Shown one piece after another: positions 11,801-25,224 of a stretch of 64,000 nucleotides of DNA. Below the pieces are notes generated by a model. It saw nothing but the letters and a program-made list of their open reading frames with translations, ran no database searches and was not told the DNA's origin. The position numbers and the translations under genes were made by a program. Origin of the DNA: Enoplolaimus lenunculus (taxonomy: Eukaryota); contig JASANG010000621.1 in assembly GCA_030248215.1 (NCBI GenBank), forward strand, positions 62,001 through 126,000. Direction: 5' to 3'. Position 1 is the stretch's first letter. Each line of letters opens with the position of its first letter.

Positions 11801-14800
11801 GTTTAAGCGTAGGTTTATATCGTTGTCTATGTAAGGTACGTGTGTACGGCGACCACTCGTTGCTTTTGATATTCAACAGGCTATGAAGGCTCTCAATTCA
11901 GCAACAGTTGGTGGACGAACTATTATTCTGGATTGGGCTGTACCCAAAGATAAATTTATGTCAGCGCAAATGGCATCGAAAAGAGAATTATTGAAAACCA
12001 AGGACCATGAAACCAGTCACGAAGACAACCACGGTTGGCTGCTTGATTTAATGGCTGCAACAAGTTATACATATATATAATATATATATGTAAACATATT
12101 CATATATATATGTATATATATCAGGCAAAAAATTGACATCCGTACCCGGTTCGGGGACCTGGTATAAACATACCGGATGCCGGATATTCGCGGTCGTGGT
12201 TCTAAATGTCATAAAACTGCTTTTTACATGTCGAAATAAATCCTAAAGAACTGGGCAGTGAATTTGCTGTTCAAATGGTCAGAAACGAAAAATTCTATTC
12301 ATATTTTGTTATGTTGCATATGGTTCAAAAGTAAAAATTTAATTCAACTAAATTGGTATATATAGTATGTGCAAAGATGCATTGTAACGATATTTGTATT
12401 TAACTTGATTCAAAATTTTCATACGTAGTTCAGTTCGTACCTCTTTTAGAACTAATGCCGAGTCTCAGCTTTTAAACCTCAGGCTTTTCAAAACGGAGGC
12501 TGAGCCTATCGAGTCTCGGGAATTTACGAGGAGATTGATGGTAATTCCCAACTCAGTTGCCATAGTTCGCATAGCTAATATGCTATTTAGTTAGTAGCTA
12601 GCTATTAGTTTATCTTTTAGAACTCCAATGTGAGGTCAACACCCCAGGATAATAAACTTTCTTATAAAAGTGTATCAAAATCCGTTCAGCGGTTCATGAG
12701 ATTATGGTGGGACGGATGGACTTTCGCCTTTTGACAAACGAGTAGAAAACATAAAACGCTTTTTGCTCAATTACATAATAAAAGTTACGATAACTTTCAC
12801 TAAGATGAATGCATTTGCTCACAATGAACAAAATAACAGTTGGAATAGCACGGTCAATTGTAAGTTCTCTATACTCCTGAAATACAAAACTGAGTCATTC
12901 TAATCACAAGCAGACAGTATTTGAATAGCAGCACATTATGATTCACCATATTACTAGCTAGCTAATGTATCACACGCAATCATTAAAGAGTCTGTTTACG
13001 AAAGAGTAAATATTTTATATATGATCCTATTAAAACGTATTATATACACAACCTGTGATAAGGAAGTTATTGAGAACACCTCGATAGGCTGGTGTTTCGT
13101 TATCGTGTTCCTTTAGTTTTTCTTAGCAGCAGTAGCGCTGCAACATCAGCATGACTGCTTGTGACATCGCTATGCAAAATCTGCTACTTGTGTCGTTACC
13201 GCTCGCTCTCGAAATCCGTTCAAACCTGTACGGATTCTGCTCAATCTGCTTGTTTTGTATGGTTGTGTGTTTTTAAAACACTGACTACTTCGCCATCTAA
13301 TCCATGTGTTGAAATTTGGTGTAGCAGAAACCCGGTTGTCACACACGATATCACATATTTGTCATGCGATGTTTGCATAGTAAATGCGTACAAGTGATTG
13401 TGAAATACTACATTTCGTTTTCCTCACTTCGAAATTATTGAATCAGCCATTTTAAAAAATAAAACGAAGGCAGAAACAGTGCAAAACTAGTTCTTAAGAT
13501 ACGTAATGTTTTCAATTCTTTAAGCTATTGTCAACTATCAATTCTGTGCAATAGGTGGCCGGGCAGAAAATGTTGGCACGGAAGGTGAGAGCCAAAAGGT
13601 TGGGTGAAATTTTATGTCTTGTAGGCCGTGACATAAAGAAACACAAACGTAAACATGACGAAACTGCAGAAAGTAGTGGCACGGATAACGAGGATGTGAC
13701 AGATGAATATTTCGAAAATGAATCTGAAAACGAAAATGATGATGATGATCAAGAGACAAGTAAAGCGGAAACTTTTGTTATAGCAAAGAAGACTGATCCA
13801 AGCAAAGATGTTATAGAAGGTATCAGTTTTATGATTTAATAGTTTCTTCTAGTTTTGTTTTTTAACGAAATGAATTTGTAATAGCTTGTTCAGTGACCTT
13901 GTTTGAGAATTAAATAAGAACTAGATTCTCATTCGATATGCGAAATTACGTTAACACTTTATGACAAGTTTTATTGTTAGTATTTTCAGTTATTTCTTCA
14001 AGGCAATCTAATTTTTAATCCTGCTACAATCCGGCCCAATATGTATGTATGTATCTAGAGTTAGTGCACATATAATTATAGAATAGAGAACAAGAAGATT
14101 AGAATTACAGGAAGAACATTGTTTGTGCGAAACATATCTTTCGATACCGATGAAGAAACACTCCAGGAAGCGTTTCGTGAATTTGGAGAAATCAAATACG
14201 CATTAATTTGTCGATTTGCGAACTCAGGCCATTCAAAAGGGACCGGATTTGTCCAGTTTGCTCAGCGTCAGAATGCTGAGACTTGTTTAACGACGGCACA
14301 AACTGAAACTGGTATTGTTGTTGAAGGTAAGTATACGCCGATAAGACGTAAAGTATTTGAAAGTTGTTGCGGCAAAATGCAGTTACTTGTTTTACACATT
14401 CTAGATGATTAATTTGCCGTTTTTGTTTACCTATTTCGGTGCCCCGCAAAACCAACAACGCTTCAAGTCGATAGCCTGTAAATCCAGCACGTCAAGGCAG
14501 CGCGCTTCTTGGAACAGAATATGGTATTTCCGTTGCGTAGCTACTATAACAACAATTAGCAGTTTTGGCATGATAAACGTTAATGATCAGGGTCGTTCAT
14601 GCGATTTTGTAAAGGGGTTACGTTGGGGAATGTAGTGATTTCATCGGTTAAATTTAGAGAAAAATACTATTTACTGATTATTTTTTCAGGTCGCCGGTTA
14701 AATGTCTGTTTAGCAGTGGGGAGAAATAAGTTAAAGACGATAGCTAACAAACACGACGATAATCATTCGAAAGACAAACGAAATTGGCATTTGCTGAAGG

Positions 14801-15874
14801 TTAGTGAATTGAATTTGGGATAAAAAACGGTACAGTGTGTTGGTGATTGAAGGATGTGTTGTTTTTGACGTTACAAAAGTATAGCTTATAGCGAGGACTT
14901 CATTTTAAGAATATAACGCCATGATCGAGAAAGAATTTTCACCACTTGCAAAAAGTTTGCTATAGCGTGTGTTTCTGGGTCGAGAGCTTTCTTGTGTATG
15001 CCTTTGTTGTTTGGGATAAGCATTTATCAGGGGAGGTGGTTAGTTTCACGTTTACGTATGTGGTGTGTTCGTTATTACTTAAGTTTGCTTTTGCTTGAAA
15101 ATAAACGTTGGTTGGGGAATTAGCAAGACCCAAGGCGCTGAGGCCAGTGGTACTGGAAATTTTAGTAAGAATGTCGTTGTTGGAATATATAGTCAAAGAT
15201 ACTGAAAACCTGCGCTAACAATGCGACTATTCCTGACTGGCCAAAAAACATAGTTGACTCGACAGTTTGTTGTAGAGAGCCAAGACTTTCGTCTGAAAGC
15301 AGACTATCATTGTTTACAGGTTGGACTGATCAAATCCGACACGACCGAATATTCAGAGATGTCAGAGCGAGACCGTAAATTACGGTACCAAATCGAAATG
15401 ACCAGCAGACAGCGGATGACAAAAAATACTCATCTGTTCGTATCACCTAACCGTCTTTGTGTTCACAATCTTCCCAAGCGAGTTACAAACAAAGAATTGC
15501 GGCAAATTGTTATTCGGACGCTTCGTGAGCGCTGTAGGCAAAGTTCTGGTCAACCTCGGGTAACTGAATGTAGGGTAATGGTAGATTTTAAAGAAGTTAA
15601 TTCTGATGGGATTCCAAAATCATTGGGGTATGGTTTTGTAACGCTGTCTAATCATGAGGGTGCCATGGTTGTGCTGGAAGGTTTGAATAATAATGCGGAA
15701 GTATTTGGCGAAGCTAAGCGACCTATTGTATTGTTTTCAATAGAAAATCGAATTGCCCTTAACATTAAGCAGCGCCGGGTGGATAAATGTGCTCAGACTG
15801 TTGCAGCAACGAAACGTACAGAGGCCGAACAGGCAGTAAAAACAGGTGGGAAACGGAAGAAACAACGGCTGTGA
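8828..15874 (+). CDS. RBM28: RNA-binding protein 28 / Nop4-like nucleolar RRM protein (~499 aa, 3 RRMs)
   Basis: Exons: 8828-8863 (MAYNNQNAFSRD, donor GTGAGT; less certain, alternative ATG at 10719), 10701-10790 (KKWRIIIRNLPF), 11488-11601 (GFGFVQF), 11880-12033 (GRTIILDWAVPKDKF), optional 13555-13584, 13625-13819 (acidic linker), 14111-14326 (TLFVRNISF...SKGTGFVQF), 14690-14799 (DKRNWHLLK), 15320-15874 (FVSPNRLCVHNLPK...KSLGYGFV...LNNNAEVFGEAKRPIVLFSIEN, stop TGA). All splice phases are compatible. Motifs match RBM28 RRM2-4 as I recall them. Confidence 0.9.
9200..10605. mobile_element. TIR-bounded non-autonomous DNA element (~1.4 kb) containing the tRNA-like gene, in RBM28 intron 1
   Basis: AAGGCCTGCCACAAAATAT (9200-9218) is the exact reverse complement of 10587-10605. 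Imperfect similarity continues inward (CGC(G/T)CGTTAACA). No transposase ORF; TSD ambiguous. Confidence 0.7.
9414..9486 (+). tRNA. tRNA-like gene, anticodon CGC (nominal Ala) on an Arg/Trp-like body; possibly a pseudogene or transposon-borne
   Basis: Cloverleaf: acceptor GGCCGCG/CGTGGTC plus A73; D arm GTGT-AATGGGTA-GCGC; anticodon arm CTTGA-CT CGC GA-TCGAG; T arm with GGTTCGATTCC (stem imperfect, one bulged A). A box TGGTGTAATGG and B box are intact. No T4 terminator immediately downstream. Confidence 0.7.
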
Positions 15875-17154
15875 ACAGAAATGGAAATTTTGACTATGTG
15901 ATGTGGTTTTTAGTGCGCCGTGGGAGAAATTAACTGTTTAAGTGCAAGTTCAAGGCAGATATGGCGGCGCGTAAGAAATAACTTGAATTGTTTTGACGTT
16001 ATATGCCTCTGGGCATGCAATGTTGGATGTGTTAATGCATGGACCTAGGCAGAAGGTAGGACAGGGGGTCACGATTTACATAGAAAAAGTGCGAAAGAGG
16101 TGATTTTTTCACCAACTGAAAAAATTTCTTAAACTCCTGCAGAAAAAACCGAAAGATTCACCACTGAAATTGCGGATACGACCTTGTCTTAAAGGTCAGT
16201 GTTTTTTCGAATGGAGTTGGATACCATTGTATGGCAACTTGTATTCCAGTGTGTATATGTACTGGAATGCAACCGAAGTTCGGGCATCGGTTTTGTTGCC
16301 TATTAAATTTTATTGAAGCATAAAAACTGATAACGCTTGAAAGATTGTTCTTAAAATTTGTAGTTCACCATCTAATTATAACGAAATAACCTTGCTTAAC
16401 CTTATAGGTATTGCATTTAATGTCGCATTTTTGCTGGAGCTGGTAGTACGAAATATCTGTTACCAAGAAACTAATTTTCAGTATAGTTACATCTAAAATG
16501 TTACCCACTGCTAACGTATAAACGGAATTCCGGTTTTTTAAGCAAATCCGGTATTTTTCACTATCAGCTTCTAGTATTAAATCCTTCATTTTTTACCGAA
16601 TTTTCCGTCATCCTGCCTTGTTCATCGGAATTTTCTTTTATTTTGTTAACTAATAGAATGTTTGCAAACAAAGAAATAAATAAAAAGTCCAGAATTGCAT
16701 ACTGGTATGTATGTATGTATTTATGAATGTATACATATCTGTATAATACACAAGAAGGGGGTTAGGCCTGTGCGTTTAAATGCAGGCTACGCTTAGGCTA
16801 TTCTTGGGACTTCGGGAAAGGCTCAGGCTATTATTAGAACCTTTAGGTTTTGGCTTAGGTTCAGGCTTAAAAACTTTGGCTTAGACCTAGAGCGTTGGCT
16901 TATGTTTTCGTTTAGGTTTAGGCTTTTCGGCTTAGGTTTAAGCTTATCCCTGTCGTCCCGGCTGTCCTAGCTATCTCGGCTGTTCCGTTGTCCCAGCTGT
17001 CTCGTGTCCCGGACCGGCCTTCAGCGCACCATGGGCCATTTTAATAACAGTGATTTTGAAATTACCAAAAATTTCTTTTATAAACCTTTCAGGAACAGAA
17101 GCTTTTATAGCTGCAAAAAGTATGTTGCTTTGAGGATTGTAACAGTGATATAAA

Positions 17155-17382
17155 AGGCTTAAGTTTTCTCTATTCTAGCCAGACAGACAAACGTCCCGCT
17201 CCTGTATCTTAACACGGGTCACAGAAATGTCTCTGGATTTTTGCCGAAAACGGAAACGGATATTCTCTTTTATACCTATAGTCTGTACACCATAAACGAT
17301 AAACTTCATTGAAACATCGGCCCATGTAAAGATCAGGGGCGGAACGTTTTTCTAGCGGACTAGAACAGAGTAAGCTTAAGCT
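17155..17382. mobile_element. Foldback/MITE (~225 bp palindrome)
   Basis: GCTTAAG.TT.CTCT.TTCTAG...AAACGTCCCGCTCCTG mirrored by CAGGGGCGGAACGTTT...CTAGAACAGAGTAAGCTTAAGC. Confidence 0.55.
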
Positions 17383-19144
17383 TTAGACTAATTTTTTTGC
17401 TTGGCATAGGCTTAGGCTTAGGAATGTGCTTATAACACTGTTCCGCTCCTGTTCGTTACATTGGTCGAAGTATCGATAAAATTGTACGGAAGTCTGATGG
17501 TGACTAACTATCAATCTGAAAATCATAGCCTTGTTTAAGATAAAACAGGGCACTGACGTCGACAAGGTTTACTGGAGTCGGTGGTGATGATAATTGTATT
17601 GTTAATTCTACCCGAGTTCATGTCATTTTAAAATTGTACGAAGTACGAAGGAGATTCCGCCAGTTGATTACGAAATTTTTTTCACAATTTCTAAAAGTTG
17701 TTCTTTCAATAAACCTTGTTTGTATCTTTTGAGCAATTTTCAATCTAGGTATTCGCCAACATTTGTATGTATTTGTATACAAATGTTAATAATAGTTTGG
17801 CTTGCATGCAAGTCAAAATGAATTAATCCTCCTAATAAGAGTCCGTATACGGATAGATTCCCTAAACCCTAATAAGGGTCCATAAATGTCAATTATCTCT
17901 AATGGTAATGCATAAATGACTTCAGGCTCGAATAAAGCTGAGTTCGAAACTTTAAAGCATACTTAGTTTTGATAGTACATTCCTAGATATAACTTTGCAT
18001 CATCTCCTATTAAGCTTTAAGCCCGTGTGACGATATTCCGAAATCCCAAAATCCCACCTTCGACCATATCCCGAAATCCCAAAAGCCCACCTTCGACCGT
18101 TTCCCGAAATTCCAAAACCCCACCTTCGACCATAATTCAAATTATTATGATAGGATGGTTGGATTTTGGGACATCAGCGAGGTTTACGAGACAGCCTAAA
18201 AGAGTGCCAATTTGCCTAACATTGTGTCAAAGCAGAGACGATCCAAGGACAGTTTTGAGGTTTAAGCGAATTATTGTCAGAATTCCTGTCGCAGGTTCCC
18301 ATAATTTCAGTTGTGAAAATTTCCATTGTGTTGCAACAAATGTATTGTTCAATAAAATTAGCAAATTAAATATTATTTTTCTGCCTAATTTTGTGTGCAG
18401 TTGTGAAAATTTTTTCGGATATCGAGGCAATGACAAGTATTCAGTGCTGGTGGATTTTGGCTTCACTGTTAACATTGGCATATTTACTTCACCACAATAT
18501 TTCTATATACAGTGCAGGATTAAACCGGGACATCCGTTTTCTGTAAAATCAGGTTTCGTTTAAGTTTCCTTTTTCAAACCGGAAATTCTATTAGTACAAA
18601 TGCTGTCTAAATAGATGGTTTATAAATATGCAAAATGTTTATAGTCAAGCCAAAATCCACCTGCCCTGGCACGCATGAATTATTTGATTTTGTATCAACA
18701 GGCAGATAAGCTGTGCTGCAATCCTTTTATAATTATTTGAAATAAAAAGCATTTGAGCGGCATCCGCTATTTTCATTAAAAACCCGGTAAACTTTCGAAT
18801 ATATCAATTGTGTTTAACGGAAAAATAAAAACCTCTGGCAACTTTATATTTCAGTATCGGATTAGTTTGGGGCATAAGTCAGTGGATTGTTGCCCCTCTG
18901 TGCCTTGAAAGGAAAACTTTGTCGTGCTAAAGATTTTCTTCTTCTTCTAAAGTCTTGTCAAACTTCTTATTGTTTCATTTCATTTAGTTAGCCATTTGTA
19001 TTAAAAATAGTGTCAAATATAAAAGTTTGCAGAACTACTACAGATTTTCATGTACACTGTGGTGTTTGTATCTTGAGCATGAGCAGAATGATAGAATGCT
19101 AACCTGGAAATCGGATAGTTCTCATTACATATTTTAGTGCATAT

Positions 19145-20690
19145 ACCAGCCGTAGCGGGACTACATGTAATTGAGCGAAGCTCGAACACACTTAAAAAGC
19201 TAAGCTAATATGCAACGGCGGGTCCAGGTCGAGGGATGGGGGGTATGCATACCACAACCGGCTGCCGAGTGGAAATTTTTTAGGGTTAAAATCAAACTTA
19301 CAATGCAAATTTTTGTTCCGACATCTCAAAATTTCACGGTTGGTTAGGGGCTTCGCCCGGAAACTCAGCACAAGTAATTTTATGTTCTTCGAGTCTTGTT
19401 TCTCTCTCGTTTCGCTCGCGAGTTTGGAGGAGCCCCCACCCCTGTCTGCTCCGAACACTGTGAGCAAGTTTCTCATGTGTGGGGAAATAAAAAATGCGAA
19501 TCTGGCTACAGAGGTGGTGCCCCTTGCATAAGTCTGCCTATTGACTTTCTAGCCTATGGGCGAACCTAACATTACACCTAAACTTTTATACAGCGCAGGT
19601 TCGAGCTTAAGCCTTAACCTCAGTCTAACCTAAACTTCTGAATAGACAAAGCTTTTGGGAAATAGGGATATTACTCGGAAAATTAGGATTTTGGGTAATT
19701 GGGATATTACTCAGGGAATTGGGAGAGACCAGTTCCTTGCATGGGCCAGTGTGTGTGTGACATTTTTATTTATATGCATAAAAATATATATGAACATATG
19801 CCAAAATTTAACATTTTCTACATGTGCATCCTCCCCACCAGAAATTTCAAAATCCGTCACTGCTAATATGCAAATTAATTAGTGAAATATCTTAAAAAGT
19901 CCCAATTTAGATTTAACCAATTGTGCAAATTAGTGTGTCAGGGGCGTACCGAGAGGGGCGCCGGGGCTGGCCCCAATCGCAATCAGTTCGTGTGTCATAA
20001 TTTAAATTAGATACAAAAGTTACGCCAGGCGCTCTTAAATGGAAAACTTCATCGTCTAATTTCCTATCCTTATCAGATCAAAGCTTAAGATAAATAATTG
20101 TGCCAAACTTCACAGTTACACAATTGGTTGACGGGGGGTTCCGGTTTTGGATGTAGACCAAGCAGTTCATGAATACAGATACTTTGAGACTCTTACAGGG
20201 TGATTTAATACTGAAACAATGTATAACATCTCGTTCGGTTTGCTCGCGAATTCTTCAAAACTCACCCTAAATCTTGGTTACGAGAATTTAGTTTGGCCCA
20301 GCTACCCAGCCCGCTAACAATTTAGGGGACTAAAAAACTCTGAAATTGGTCTCGGAGCCTACTAGGAAAGCGTGACCAATCTCATATATCACGCCAAAAA
20401 TTTAGATGGGTCACTGTAAAAGGGTTCTGATTTCACTTTTGGTGGAAACCTAAGGCACGAACCTGAATTTCTCGGTGCGCCACTAGTCTGTAGCTAATAA
20501 ACAGCTTAAAATTTTAAAACACCAATGCGAGGTTAACACAACAGGATGACAGGCTTTCAAACAAAAAAGTTTATCAAAATCGGCTCAGCGGTTCCTGAGA
20601 TTCTTTTCGGACAAACGGACGGACATCCACCTTTCGACCCCCGAGCACAACATATAAAACGTTCTGCGAACCTCTGAGCTTCGCTCGATT
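19145..20690 (-). mobile_element. HINE-like element ends (same family as 5993-6670) enclosing nested repeats
   Basis: The reverse complement of 20500-20690 matches 5996-6190 and includes GTCCGTCCGTTTGTCC. 19145-19190 is the reverse complement of the family 3' end (GCTTCGCTCAATTACATGTAGTCCCGCTACGGCTGGT). Confidence 0.55.
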
Positions 20691-20804
20691 TTTGCCGTAG
20701 GTTTAGGCTTAGGCTCAGGCTTAGAAATATGTTTATACTATTGCTCCGGCCCTGTTCTATACATGGGCCGATGTAGCTTCTATATAAACTGTGTATATGA
20801 ATAG

Positions 20805-20926
20805 TGCCAGTATGCTGCTTGTATATAGTGCCAGTATGCCGCTTGTATACAATTCTATATATGTAATGTGCCCGTATGCCGCTTGTATATAATTTGTGTA
20901 CATGTATTGTGCCAGTATGCGGCTTG
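20805..20926 (+). repeat. Minisatellite of TGCC(A/C)GTATGC.GCTTG (4 copies)
   Basis: Directly visible, imperfectly spaced repeats. Confidence 0.7.
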
Positions 20927-22105
20927 CAGTAGAAAAAAGGACGTAATGTTTGGGGCAGCTTTTCTGGAAATGTTCACTTCAGCTGGGTCTTCAAATCGAT
21001 GAATGTGCCTACTAATAGCTTGTTATTTGCGTCTTATAAAGGTAAATGGCGATGGTATGGGTTTGAGTTGTATTTCTGAGCGCTTTACTGTTCTATATAT
21101 TTTTTACTTTGAACTTGAGGGACCTCTTAATCATTTTACATTTTTTAATAGACGGGTTGCGGTGGAATTATTTTGTATTTACGTATAAATTACAATAAAT
21201 CGGTAGCGGATATTTACGTATTTTCGTTTAAAGTGTATTGGAACAGCGGTGTCGCACTCTATATATCTGCAATTCGGTTTTAACTTATGATACCACGTTA
21301 TGACACTACGTTTATCGTAGTGTTCTTCACCAAACTGCAGTTTAATTTTGCTACCATCACATTAGAGTTGCCCCGGGGCCAGGATTTTTACCAGGCCGGG
21401 AACGGTACCAACCGGGGCCAAATTAGAATTTAGAAAATTAAAAATAAAGAGAGCAGTAATGTCTTGTGATTTTAATATTCTTGAAACAAGAACCGAGCGT
21501 GATAAGGTAGTTTTTTCATGCGAGTCAAATGCGAATAGTATATAAAGACTGACCCTGGCAAGGCCCCAGCAAATAACGTGCTGGCCTTGGTGCCGGGGCA
21601 TTAGATTCCGCTACCGGGGCCAGGGTCATGCCACGGGACATCTCTTAACCTATCTAGACTGACATGGGGCTAAGTTGCGAGCGCAATGGCAAATTTCCGC
21701 GTTTTGAACACGATATTTAGTCGAACATAGGTTGGACAGTCAAGGGACGACCTTGTTGAAAATTGTGGTATGTATATCCGGGATGGAAGTATCGGTAAGT
21801 CTCAGTATTTGGCAGGTCTCGGTCTTGGTTTTTTGAGTCTCAGTGATTTGAAACCGGAACCAGAGGTCAAAAGATTTAGCCAATGTTTCGCAGTAATATT
21901 GAAGTAAGCGATGCCTGATAAATAGAATTTCGCTGTAAATCTGTCAATTTTCATAGTTACGCAATAATTATGAGCAGATATTTTCCTGAAACGCAAAAAA
22001 CTATGAAAAACACTGAAAAACTTTGTAAGAACAATTTATTTTGACAATGTTTATTTTGGGGGTGATGACCAAAAACTGACCGAAACCAAGATTTTTCACG
22101 GCCGG

Positions 22106-23488
22106 TGTCGCATGAAAAAATAACTCCCCAAAAAATGACCCCCGGGCATAATTTCACTGGGTCCGTTTATCACAGCACTGTCGTGTGAAAAAATAACACC
22201 CATTCAAAAGAGAACCCTGGTCATTGTTACACAGCCAATATAGGAATGCAATATTGATCCCCATGAAAAATTGACCCCCGTTTCAATCGAGCGAAAGTTT
22301 GCAGCAGGAACGACTCGAAGCAGCTTACTAAACAAATGTGCTAAATATAGAGCCCTTCCCCTTGGTAGATACCCTAATTGAGATGTTGCCATTTAATACA
22401 CTTGCAGATTCCTAATGTTCACACTATGAATTTGAGCAAAATTAACAGTTCTCGTAGTTGTATTTATTGTTACGTTTTAAGTCTGCGTTTTTAACCGTGT
22501 GATTTAGTAATACTGCATCGGCATATGTAGGTTTGGCATTTGCAAAATTTGCAAATAAGAACAGTATCGGAATTGGCAAAACTTTGGGGTCGACACATCA
22601 CTATTTTCTATTTTAGTTTTAGACATTGTACACTAACATAGCCCACATATCTCTGAGAAAAATGGCTAATAGTTCACATGTTCCGTACTCAGAAATAAGA
22701 AATTATCTCGAAACGATTAATGTTGGCCTCGGCACTAGCTCGGGGGAGTGGACTGAACCAACCTCGAATGCCCACCTTAAACTTCTTGATTTTCCATTGC
22801 AAAAGGATATGAAGTTGAATTTTAGTTGGGGCAGGCAATCCTATGTAAGATGATGTTGAAATACGTATGTAATAGTTTCAGTCGCGAACATTAAGTATCT
22901 GAAGCGGATTTGGTTTTAGCAACACATGTCTTATTTGTAATCACTCAGGCATAAAATGCACAAGTAAGCGCCACCCTTAACAGTTCAGCGATTTGGGTCC
23001 CCAAACCAAAATCCTGGCTACGACTATGGATGTGTCTGCTTTGAATTTTCAAGTAAATGTTTTCTTGCACTTAAATTAGCTTCATGTTTTCTTCCTCAAA
23101 TTATGGGCAATAAGAGTGGCTCGCTTAGTTTTGTTACCTAAAGTTAACTTTTACAGTACTTAAGAATATTCGCCAGTGGGAAGCAATTTATTTTCACAGA
23201 GGATAATTTTAGTACAGTTCTGTGTAAAACTAACCAGGGGTCTCCTTTTAACGAGGATCTTTTTTTCATGCGACGCTGTGTAAAAACAACCCTGGTCTCC
23301 TTTAAATGGGGGTCATTTTTTCACTCGACAGTGCTGCGAAAGTCAAACCCCCGTGAAATTATGTCGGGGGTCAATTTTTTGGGAGGTCATTTTTTCATGC
23401 GACACCGGTCTTTGCTGCGGCGAAAATCAGACCCCCGTGAAATTATGTCGGGGGTCAATTTTTTGGGAGGTCATTTTTTCATGCGACA
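22106..23488. mobile_element. Ginger-like non-autonomous element (TGT...ACA termini, CCGG TSD) nested in another MITE (~21778-23544)
   Basis: CCGG|TGTCGCATGAAAAAA ... TTTTTTCATGCGACA|CCGG with long TIRs. An uninterrupted copy of the host at 30976-31378 has a single GGCCGGTC at the equivalent site. Confidence 0.65.
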
Positions 23489-23610
23489 CCGGTCTCTGCA
23501 GTCAGGTCTCGGTGTCTGTTTTTAACCGAGACCGCCCATCCCTGTTATATAACCATGTGAGGCATGCTTGTCCTGGTGCATATCTATATGCAATGCACGT
23601 TGTGTTGTAT

Positions 23611-23816
23611 GCTAGCCGGCAGCATACGGCATACGCGTCGACAAATATAATCAACTATAGAAGCAATGCAGGAGGCCGGCTGCGTGGCGCAGTGATCGAG
23701 CGTTCGCTTAACAATTCGTAGGCTGAGAATTCGAGCCAAATCTGTCTGCCTGCTTCTCCAGTTGCTTAAAAGTGTCTGAATTCCGGTTCCAACCTTCTAC
23801 CTAAACTGACAATATA
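23611..23816 (+). mobile_element. tRNA-derived SINE-like repeat with a conserved 5' leader; copies at 34258-34448(+), ~4300-4482(-) and a partial tail at 34750-34808
   Basis: Shared order: GCTAGCCGGCAGCATACGG...GTCGAC leader, A box TGGCGCAGTG, B-box-like segment, then tail (T)CCAG(C/T)T(G/A)CTTA...GTCTGAA...CTACCTA. Confidence 0.6.
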
Positions 23817-25224
23817 GTTGTTAATATGAGCACATATAGTAATGTGTAAGTTCCCGTTAGTATTTACCAACCACAACCGGCATAACTAAAAATGGGGATT
23901 TTCAAATTTATATTAAATTTCTATGATCAATTTGTTTAGTCCTGTTTGTGTGCCTAAAAAGTTTCAGCCGTATATATTCCAAAAAATACCGGTTTCGGAG
24001 CCGGACATCCGATTTAACTCTACTGGGCGAACATGTTTATTCACTCTGAGGTTTAAACTACTTCAGGCGTAGCTTTTGGCAAAGGCTCGTGTACTGACGA
24101 CATATCACGTTTAAGACGGGGAAGCGCTGGACTGTTGGCGTTGTCAACGATTCAATGGAGAAGTACGAAATTTGTTCATATGATATAGGTTTTAATTTCG
24201 CCGATATCGAACAGGTTGTTTCAACCGTGGTACTAGATAGCATTTCGTTGTATTCTGGTTTGGTCTTTGCCGTGTCATGTTGTCTATACTATAGCTCGTA
24301 TATATCACCAACATTGAGATATTACTTGAAGCATGGACAGAGTGGAAGTGGGTAAGGATTTTTTACCCGACCCGTGGTTTACCCACGCAAACAAGAATTT
24401 TTTAGCCGCGGGTATACCCGCGCAAATAACATCTACCCACGACCCAGCTTTTTCCCGCGCCTGAAGTTAAACCAGTATTTTAAAGATCGCTGGTGATTCG
24501 CGCTTTAATGAAGTTTTGCGGTACAGCTTTAATGGATTTTACAAATGAAATTTAATATTAGAAACAACAAAATTTCAAACCCAGATAAATAAAGCACGAG
24601 CAGCATTTGACCACAAATAAACCGGACAATACCGTAGGTTTTCCGCCTTAAACCTTATGTTTGCCGCGTGCAAAAACTGTAAATTATTTGCGCGCGTGAT
24701 AAAAATATTTACCTGCGGGTATTCCCACGCCTGAAATTCTTTACCCGACCCGCGTTTATCCGCGGTGAAGCACGGGTGCGCGCGGGTAATGTCCCACTGT
24801 GAGCATGGGTACTGCACCGTGCTCGAATCATTATTATTTTAGCACTTGCAACGCATTTTTTCGTATTTCAAGATTACGAAAATTGCACTGTTCTGAACTT
24901 TGATAAAAACTGTCGACTTACAGTTCAAACCCGTAATGCTTCTGAATTTAGATTCCTTGAGACGGGTTTGTTTTTGTCTGTAATAGTCAGCTGTCAGTTC
25001 TTGTTAAAATACTTTAAGGTTTCAGCTACGTAGTTACAACGTATAAATAAGCACCCTCAGTTTTGTAATATTACAGATTCGTACTGCAATATTAGCAATT
25101 TGACACGTTTGAAAGCGATCAGTTTGAGTAAATCAACTCCTGAGCTCAATGTTCAATTTGGGAAAAGCGGATTGTTGCCAACTCCTGTACGACTCTCGGT
25201 ATGATAGATAATTTAATTTATTGT

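Noticed and set aside
13820..14110. U12-type intron in RBM28 (donor GTATCAGTTT)
   Set aside because: It does not match the strict GTATCCTT consensus and no clear U12 branch site was seen.
18027..18563. 178-aa ORF with SRNPK repeats
   Set aside because: It runs through a minisatellite element and AT-rich repeat DNA, has a non-ATG start and no recognisable domain.
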